Of a stretch of 30,588 bases of DNA, positions 17,794-25,097 are shown one piece after another. The stretch's first letter is position 1; the number at the start of each line of letters is the position of its first letter. The DNA is from Clostridia bacterium (GTDB lineage Bacteria; Bacillota; Clostridia; Christensenellales; Borkfalkiaceae), in NCBI GenBank assembly GCA_017452305.1, contig JAFTMQ010000073.1:1-30588 (forward strand). Reading direction: 5' to 3'. The translations under genes were made by a program, and so were the position numbers. The notes under the pieces are model-generated. The model saw nothing but the letters and a program-made list of their open reading frames with translations. It made no database searches and was not told the origin of the DNA.

Positions 17794-18671
17794 CTTTTTC
17801 CGTAGCAACAACCGTGAAGGTGTAATCCTTCAATTCAAACGCTTCGGGAATTTCAACGTCCCAAGCGTAGGTATGCGTTTCGGTTTCTGCGGGAAGTTCG
17901 CTTTCAAGAATCCAAGCAAGTTCCGCTACGGTTGCGTCAAGCTTACCATCGGGTTCAATACCGAACTTGATTTCCGTCGTCGTTTCGCCGTTAACAATTG
18001 TCAAGGTATATACTTCAACCGTCCAAGTCGCATAGATAGCCGTGCTTTCCGTAATCGTGAAGTCTTCGGTGATTGCGTTGCCTTCTACGTCCGTCCAGCC
18101 TGCAAACGTTTTGCCTTCTGCGGTGGGAACGACCAATTCGCTTACCTTGAAGGTGTCGCCGTATTTATGTTCCGTCGTTACTACACAAGTAGGATAAATA
18201 CGAGGGTTACCCGTGATAACGTTTACCGTGTAAACTTTTTCCGTTGCAACTACCGTGAAGGTGTAATCCTTCAATTCAAACGTTTCAGGTACTTCAACGT
18301 CCCAAGCATAGGTGTTGTAGTTGTCTTCAGCGGGAAGTTCGTCTTCGAGAATCCAAGCAAGCTCTGCTACGGTTGCGTCAAGCTTACCATCGTTTTCCAC
18401 ACCGAACTTGATTTCCGTCGTCGTTTCGCCGTTAACAATCGTCAACGTATATACTTCAACCGTCCAAGTCGCATAGATAGCCGTGCTTTCCGTAATCGTG
18501 AAGTCTTCGGTGATTGCGTTGCCTTCTACGTCCTCCCAGCCTGCAAACGTCTTACCAACTGCCGTGGGAGCTACCAATTCGCTTACCTTGAAGGTATCGC
18601 CGTACTTGTGTTCCGTCGTTACTACACAAGTAGGATCAAGACGAGGGTTGCCCGTAATAACGCTTACCGTG
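17794..18671 (-). repeat. 441-bp (147-aa) near-identical tandem intragenic duplication
   Basis: Matching anchors are offset by exactly 441 nt (accgtgaagg at 17811 and 18252; accgtg at 18225 and 18666). The unit contains GKTFAGW...IYATW, a B-repeat-like signature. Confidence 0.95.
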
Positions 18672-20436
18672 CAAGGTTTCTTCCAAACAGTTGCCGTAAT
18701 GTCCCCAACGGTGATATAATCACTTGCTAAATAGTGAACAAAACCGCTCTTAATCGTTAATTCAACCGTATTAACGCCCAAGGATTCGATATAAGCTTTA
18801 TGAATGAAAACGGAAAGAACGCCTTCTTTAACGGTTACAAGCGTAGGATGTTGGAAGATGTCCGCATGTCCGTCTGTCGTCGAGTTCCAAGGATGCGTAC
18901 CGTATTCATACGCGCTGTCGTCCGTGTTCGCATTGATATCAAACAAAGATACGCCGTTGATAAGAATATTTTGTCTAACAGCTTGACGTTCGGGACTGCT
19001 ATAGTTGACGTCATAGATATCCCCGTTTGCAACAGCGGGCCACTTATCGAAAGCGATATTAACTTGATACAATTCGCCTGCGTCACCCGCAACGGTTGCT
19101 TCGGAAATGGTAATGTCGTCACCAGTGAGCGCATATTTTTCAGATACAAAAATACCATTACCCGCAGCAAGCAACACCGTATCTTCCTTTACTTCGTAAA
19201 CGGTGTTACCGAAATCGGTAGCCGAAGGGAATTGACAACCCGCAAGGATTTTAATTTCCGTAATTGCCGCCGCGCCGTCTGCGGTGTTGATCGATCTCGG
19301 CCAACGCATACCGAAGGTATTTTGGTTATTCCATACGTTGAAGAATTGTTCACTGGGGTTTTCGGGCGAACCGATAGGATTTGACGTCGATTGATTTGCG
19401 CGCCAAAGCGAACCAAGCTTCTTACCGTTCAACAAAATATGGTCGTAGAAGTTCAAATACTGCAAGTGCGTCTTATCCGACAAGGCACTCGTATTCAAGC
19501 CTGCATAGTCGTTTTCGCTCAAATGAAAACGAAGGAAGCTATCCCAATTACCGTCTGTTCTAGAATTGCTGCCGTCAATCTTCTTTACTTCCGTTTCGAT
19601 AACGTTGTAGTTCGACGCAGGAATATCGCCAACGTACTTTCTCGGGAACGCAAGCGAGGTGGTTACAAAGTTTACGTCTTCGCTAACGCCATATACTTGA
19701 CCGTCTGCCGAATAGGACAAATCGCTCGAAATGGTAATCGACGTAACGTCACCAACGCCAAGATAGGACAAGGGAATATAAATGTCAATCGTGCTACCAT
19801 AAGACGTGCCATGGTTGGTAAAGTTAACAAAAATAGGCGCGAAGTTCGCCGTCTTGTTGTTTACGTCTTCCACAATATTGGGTTGCATATATCTTGTGCT
19901 GCCCGAAGGTGCGCCTTCATTGTTGGGCATACCCGTCCAAGTGATGGGCGAGGTTTCGCCGCTTGCAAGAAGCGCTTTGTATTCTGCGTTGTGGTCGTAA
20001 ATAGACTTACCGTTTACCAAAACCGCTTTTAATGCAGCTTAGCCAAGCGTGTCATTGCAAACGTTTTTAGGGAACATCGACTCGGTGTAGGAAGGGCTCT
20101 TAATACGATAGAGTGCCGCTTCGGTATAGTCGCCTACGTTGCACCAACTATCAACGATGAAATGGTCCTTCAAATCAACCGTGAGGTTTTCCGCCGCCGA
20201 AGCCGTAATCGGTTCTTGGTTGTATGCAACCACGCCAAGCGCTGCGCCTGCGGATACCGCAAGAGTAGCGGACAAAGCAACGATTGCAAGTTTCTTTGTG
20301 AGTTTCTTCATATTTGCCTCCTTTTTTCTTCGTTTTCCGTCCGAGTGCAATATGACGGAAAGCGTTATTTTTTTAATTCAATACGGTTTCCCGCCCGCCA
20401 AGCAAACGAGGAAAAGCATATATATCTACATCTTGT

Positions 20437-20465
20437 ATTATAGCACAAACTTTCCCCACTTGCAA
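20437..20465 (-). promoter_or_regulatory. SigA-type promoter with extended -10 for the interrupted surface protein gene
   Basis: The minus strand reads TTGCAA (20465-20460), 17 nt ending in TGC, then TATAAT (20442-20437). This predicts a ~120-nt leader. Confidence 0.75.
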
Positions 20466-20584
20466 TAGGTATTTGTAAAATTCTTTAACAAGCTTTTCAC
20501 AAAAACCGACTTTTTATCATTTATTCGTCGCTTTTTCTTGACTTGCCCGATTTTGCGCTGTTCGCGCCCCTACGAAAGCCAAGC

Positions 20585-22369
20585 TTAATTCCAAGCCCGC
20601 AAGCTTTCGTTGGTCAAAATACCTTCGTCCTTAATGTCCTTGAACTGCGCGCGCATAACGCTTACGTAGTCCACGGAAATTACGTATTCGTAAGTCATGG
20701 ATACGTAATTTTTCATCGTCCAGCTTACAACGGGTGCAGTGTAGCTCGTATTCCCTACGTAGCAGCTCGTATAAGGCGAAACCGCGTCGGGCTTATTAAA
20801 CTTAAATTCCGGTCTCAACAAAGCGCACGTATCCGCATTGCTGTTTCCGCCGTATTCCTTAGACGTCGTCGCGTTGCTTCTGCCCGATGCAAACGAGGTG
20901 GTGTTGGGGATATACATACCCACGCCAAAGCCGCCGCCGATAATCTCGCCCTCCGCGTTCTTAATCAAATCGTCGTCGTTTACCCACGCAAACCAACCTT
21001 CCGGCGGGTTGGGGTTAGAATGCGAACCTGCCGCCCAAGAACCAAGCGTAGGTTGATATTCTAACTCGTCGTTTGTCCAAGGGTAATTGCCCGTGTAGCA
21101 AACGTAGTTATGCAAGGGGTGAGAAACGTAGGTTGCGGGCAACTCGTTGCTATGAATGGGTACTTTTTCCATATCTTCAAAGCCGTTCCAATCGATGAAG
21201 CGGTTTTTCACGAAGAGCATACCGCCCTTGATGGTGTACCAATTTTCCATATACGACTTCGTCGTAACACCGCCGGGCGTCGTGCCGCGGAAGTTTCTGC
21301 GTTTCATCACGTCGATAAAGTCGCCCTTTGCCCAGTCCAAAGCGCGCGTTTTTACGTAAATTTCGTTGCCGCTAACCTCATAGTCGATAATTTGCGAAGA
21401 GTTTTCCGCACAGTCGCCCCCTTGTACGGGGTTGTACGGCCAATAATACCCTTTGGAATGCGCCGTAATACACAAGCCTCTTTCATATCCGTTTGCGCCG
21501 TAATCCGTCGGATATGCTTGATAGAAGGCAGGCGAAATGCCGTCCCAAAGCCCTTGCTCTTCCATCTTTGCCGGCGTATCCGCGCTCGTACCGCCGACGT
21601 TTGCGTAATAGCTTTGTTGGATTTGTCTGCCTTGGTCGTAAATATTGATAAGGTTTACGTGCGAGGACAAATGCTCTTTTGCGTTCTCTTTTGCATTTAC
21701 GCCGATATATACGTTGTCGTTTTGGTCGATAACCTCGTCAACCGAAACGCCGCCGTAAGACGTACGCTCTAAATAGGTCAACGTACCGCCGACCTGCAAG
21801 TCCGCGCCCACCTTTAATTCGTCCTTTTCAATGTAAATTTCACGTTCAAAGGACGGGAATTCACGGTCGGAAACGCTAAAACTTACCAAGGTAAACGCAC
21901 CCGCTTGCGCGCTCACGTTTTTAAAGGTGATTTTCTTTAAAATCTTGTTGAAGCGTTCGCTCTTAATACTGCCGTCGTTTAAGAAGGTTGCCTTTTGCCC
22001 TACGCCGTTGGGACGGAAGCTATCCAAGAACTGCTTAAATTCCACCTCGTCCACGCCGTTGGATTGTTCAATAAAGAAATCTTCCGTGATTTCCTTACCC
22101 GACTCACTCTCGTTTACATAGGTAAACGTACCGAACAAATTCACGTCCGTTTTTACCACCAAACGCAAATATTCTCTGTCTTTGAGCTTTTCGTTCAATT
22201 CAAACGTATGCGCCTCGTCGGCGGCGAGCTCCTTTTTTGCTTGCGAAGAAAGCACCTTCTCGAATTTGACCGTACCGTCGTTGCTGCCGCTATCGCCGCA
22301 CGCAGGAAGCGCGCCGAACACCGCAACCGTCAACATAACGGCAAGTGCGCAAGCTAATTTTCTTTTCAT
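20585..22369 (-). CDS. Lipoprotein of unknown function (~594 aa): N-terminal jelly-roll-like domain plus a large beta-rich C-terminal domain
   Basis: Lipoprotein signal MKRKLACALAVMLTVAVFGALPA-C. ATG 22369 is better spaced from GGAGG than ATG 22375. Long open frame with genome-like codon usage. Confidence 0.8.
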   Translation of the reverse strand: MKRKLACALAVMLTVAVFGALPACGDSGSNDGTVKFEKVLSSQAKKELAADEAHTFELNEKLKDREYLRLVVKTDVNLFGTFTYVNESESGKEITEDFFIEQSNGVDEVEFKQFLDSFRPNGVGQKATFLNDGSIKSERFNKILKKITFKNVSAQAGAFTLVSFSVSDREFPSFEREIYIEKDELKVGADLQVGGTLTYLERTSYGGVSVDEVIDQNDNVYIGVNAKENAKEHLSSHVNLINIYDQGRQIQQSYYANVGGTSADTPAKMEEQGLWDGISPAFYQAYPTDYGANGYERGLCITAHSKGYYWPYNPVQGGDCAENSSQIIDYEVSGNEIYVKTRALDWAKGDFIDVMKRRNFRGTTPGGVTTKSYMENWYTIKGGMLFVKNRFIDWNGFEDMEKVPIHSNELPATYVSHPLHNYVCYTGNYPWTNDELEYQPTLGSWAAGSHSNPNPPEGWFAWVNDDDLIKNAEGEIIGGGFGVGMYIPNTTSFASGRSNATTSKEYGGNSNADTCALLRPEFKFNKPDAVSPYTSCYVGNTSYTAPVVSWTMKNYVSMTYEYVISVDYVSVMRAQFKDIKDEGILTNESLRAWN

Positions 22370-22410
22370 GTCCATTTCCTCCGATTTTCTCTTTGTGCTA
22401 TGCCTTTCGT

Positions 22411-22449
22411 TTTATCGCCACCTATGCGTGCAGGCATAGGTGGGATAAA
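22411..22449 (-). other. Intercistronic stem-loop without a U tract (possible mRNA stability or processing element)
   Basis: ccacctatgc (22418-22427) / gcataggtgg (22434-22443), extended by tttatc/gataaa across one bulge. No T run follows on the minus strand. Confidence 0.6.
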
Positions 22450-22460
22450 CCTTCCGTCCA

Positions 22461-25076
22461 TTAAATAATGTTAATCAAACGAATATATACGGTGTCTTTT
22501 TCCTCCAAGCCCTTCAAGTGGTTTACGAAAATCGTCGTAACGGCTTTGGTGTCAATTTCTTCCGCGGTCAAGCCCTTGAAGTTCGCCAAATCAATTTCAG
22601 CGTAAGCCCATTCGCCTGCTTTCATGCCCGTTTGCAGGTTGACGTGATATGAGCCGCCGGTACCGCCGGGTTGCGTAATCTTTTCGTCCCAAGGCTTCAT
22701 CGTGCCGTTTTCTTCGTAGTCCACCATTTCCGTCCAACCGATAGAAACTGCCAAAGCGCTTACCGTGCCGGGGTTGTAATATACGATAGCCAACTTGGAC
22801 TTGCCGGTAAGAGGAACGTTACCCGTTTCCGATTTACCCCAAGACTTCGTCGCGCCGTAATAATACTTGAAGGGATCCGTGCCGCCGCAGGGCGCAAGCG
22901 CAAGCGCAGACATCGCGCTGTTGTAGCTTGCAAAGCCGGGCCAATCCTTATTCGCGCCTACTACCTTGTCGTACATAGCGCTCGTGCCGAAATCCCAAGC
23001 GATAGCGTTGTTCGCCTTAAAGCGAATGCTGCCGATATAAATTTCGCCCGTGCCCTCGAAGGTCATTCTAAAATTGCTTACGTTGCCGCCCTTCGTGATA
23101 GGCAAGCTAATCGTTTCCAGCTTATCCGTAAGAACTACGTCAAAGCTGTAAACTTGTTCTTGTCCGTCAACGGTAAGGATAACGTTAACCTTCGTTACGC
23201 CCTCTTTCTTTTGCTTGTAAGCCAACGTCAAAACTTCATAGCCTGCGCAGGTGAAGTTGGTATATGCGCTGTAATCCATACTTACAACCGCTTGCGTATC
23301 GCTTAATACCTTGAACTTCGTTGCGTAATCGGACGCGTTGTAGCTAACCTCTAATGTGTCCGTGCTTTCAAGCCCGAACATATTTCTGTCGTCAAAGTTG
23401 AAGCCCGCGATTTCCGTCGTCTTGTAGGGCTTGAACTCAATGCTTTCAAACAAGATAGCGTTATCTACGCCTTCCGACGTATATTCAAACGTCAAGGAAT
23501 TCAAAAATTCCTTCCATTGATTTGCGCGCGCCATGTTAAATTCGCATTCCACAACGCCGTCCGTTTTTGCGGGAATCGTGAACGTTTCCGTACCCTTACG
23601 GCCGATTTCGTTTTTATCGTATTCCGCAGTGTATCTGTGTTCCCACGTCACTTTCACGTTCGTTGCATAACCGTAGTTTCTAAGTCTAATAACGAGCGTC
23701 GTATTATCGTGCAAGTTAATTGCTTTATCTCCCGCGTTAAATACGACCTTTGCTTCTTTCGCACGGATAGGTGCGTGCATCAACAAGCCTTCCTTCTTGT
23801 CGTAAAGGGTGATGTTTTTCGCGTCTTCCACGATAACGGGTTCTACGGACGCGTTATCCTTCGGGAAGATAAAGCCGGTGATCGAAGTTTGCTTATCCGC
23901 AACCGCTTTTACTTCCGTTGCGTCGTCGTCCACCAAAAGCGCCTTCATTTCCGCCGTGTCGTCTAAGGGCTTGTAGTTCGGATCTTTTACACCCTCAATG
24001 CTCTTAATCCAAAGTCTGTTGGACAAATCGTTTTCGTCCGTGCAAACGTAAGGCGAGTCGATACGAAGTTTCAAAAGCGTCTTGGATTCGCCCCAAGAAG
24101 AAATCCCCTTACTGTCGGCCTTTTTCAACATTTCGCTTGCAAGATCAATTTCAATTTCTTGCCAAGGCGCGTCCTCCGCTACGTTGATTTGGTCGGAAGT
24201 ATATTGATAGGAATATGCACAGGATTCCGTGAAGTAGGATTCGCCTGCGAATTCCTTCGTATCGTTGTCAATCCAAGCTGTGAAGTAAAGCTTCAACGTC
24301 TTTGCGTTGCCCAAGTTCTTCATCGTGAATTTCACTTTCTTGGAATGGCTGATATCTACGGTAACGTATTCCAACAAAATGTGGGGATCCGCCGCCGTCG
24401 AATAACCGAAGTTGATGTCCGCGTATTGCTCGTCCCCTTCGCCCGCCAACGCGATCGTACCCGCCTTAGAGCCCGGGCCGCTCGGTGCCGCTTGAGGCGT
24501 AAATCTCGTCGCGATCATCTCTGCGCTAAAATAGAACTCGTCGCTGCGTTGAATATAGATATTCTTATGCTCGGTGATCGGTTGACTAAAATCAAACGGC
24601 GTCGTGTATTCGGGATCGGCAAAGAAACCGTCGCTTCTATAACCGTGTTTTAAGCTTTCGTTAGGGACGATCATACTCCCTTCTCTAAACTGTTCCTTGA
24701 ACATATACGTATCCGTTTCCTCGCCGAGGTAATAGAATACGTCAAACTTCTTCACCCATTTTGCATAAAGCGTCATATCCTCTTCTACCGTATCCGTGTA
24801 GAAGCTCCAAGGCTGCGTGTATTCTCTGTCGCGATACCAACCCTCAACCTCTTCGTTGTTGGGATTTTCGCCGCTTACCGCAACGGTAGGCTTCGTAACG
24901 ACGTCGCCCTTCACAACCTCTTTGGGTAATACGGGGTTGGTTTTAAGCTCGGTGCAGAGCTCAAACGTAACCGTACGCATACCGTCGTCCTTTTCGCCGC
25001 CGCAACCCGTCAAAACGCCAAACGACGTGATTACGCAAAGCAAGCAGGACAAAATTGCTTTTAACCATTTTTTCAT
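22461..25076 (-). CDS. Lipoprotein (871 aa) with two InlB B-repeat (Flg_new)-like units followed by about four tandem CBM-like beta-sandwich domains
   Basis: Lipobox SFGVLTG-C. B-repeat-like EGWYRDREYTQPWSF...TLYAKW and DGFFADPEYTTPFDF. Recurrent domain-end motifs LWIKSIEG, ILFESIEF, IYIGSIRF and VYIRLINI. RBS AAGGAG. Confidence 0.8.
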   Translation of the reverse strand: MKKWLKAILSCLLCVITSFGVLTGCGGEKDDGMRTVTFELCTELKTNPVLPKEVVKGDVVTKPTVAVSGENPNNEEVEGWYRDREYTQPWSFYTDTVEEDMTLYAKWVKKFDVFYYLGEETDTYMFKEQFREGSMIVPNESLKHGYRSDGFFADPEYTTPFDFSQPITEHKNIYIQRSDEFYFSAEMIATRFTPQAAPSGPGSKAGTIALAGEGDEQYADINFGYSTAADPHILLEYVTVDISHSKKVKFTMKNLGNAKTLKLYFTAWIDNDTKEFAGESYFTESCAYSYQYTSDQINVAEDAPWQEIEIDLASEMLKKADSKGISSWGESKTLLKLRIDSPYVCTDENDLSNRLWIKSIEGVKDPNYKPLDDTAEMKALLVDDDATEVKAVADKQTSITGFIFPKDNASVEPVIVEDAKNITLYDKKEGLLMHAPIRAKEAKVVFNAGDKAINLHDNTTLVIRLRNYGYATNVKVTWEHRYTAEYDKNEIGRKGTETFTIPAKTDGVVECEFNMARANQWKEFLNSLTFEYTSEGVDNAILFESIEFKPYKTTEIAGFNFDDRNMFGLESTDTLEVSYNASDYATKFKVLSDTQAVVSMDYSAYTNFTCAGYEVLTLAYKQKKEGVTKVNVILTVDGQEQVYSFDVVLTDKLETISLPITKGGNVSNFRMTFEGTGEIYIGSIRFKANNAIAWDFGTSAMYDKVVGANKDWPGFASYNSAMSALALAPCGGTDPFKYYYGATKSWGKSETGNVPLTGKSKLAIVYYNPGTVSALAVSIGWTEMVDYEENGTMKPWDEKITQPGGTGGSYHVNLQTGMKAGEWAYAEIDLANFKGLTAEEIDTKAVTTIFVNHLKGLEEKDTVYIRLINII

Positions 25077-25097
25077 AAATCGTTTTCTCCTTTATCG

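Larger units (their letters stand above)
17603..20311 (-). pseudogene. Secreted surface protein (~902 codons) interrupted by one in-frame TAA at 20039-20041. Order: signal peptide, three divergent repeats of an unknown domain, two 147-aa repeats containing InlB B-repeat (Flg_new)-like units, Ser/Asp/Thr linker, GCGS-TM-basic C-terminus
   Basis: ORF-track pieces 20039-20350 and 17603-20020 are in the same frame, reading ...DTLG*AALKAVLVNGK.... The real start is ATG 20311 after AAGGAGG and encodes a signal peptide (MKKLTKKLAIVALSATLAVSAG...ITASA). The downstream piece has only a TTG start and no RBS. It could be a true nonsense allele or a sequence error. Confidence 0.78.

Noticed and set aside
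20039-20041. Possible stop-codon reassignment or programmed readthrough of TAA
   Set aside because: TAA ends several unambiguous genes in this window (kdgK, eda, the esterase). One in-frame instance is better explained by mutation or error.
20312-20350. ORF-track 5' extensions (20350, 28141, 22375, 13661, 9475)
   Set aside because: Downstream ATGs have better-placed RBSs or stop-start coupling, so the shorter starts were used.
20470-20584. Terminator after the 594-aa lipoprotein, and an AAAAGTCGG 9-mer shared with the S8 leader
   Set aside because: Only weak 4-5 bp stems are present, and the 9-mer is A-rich and consistent with chance.
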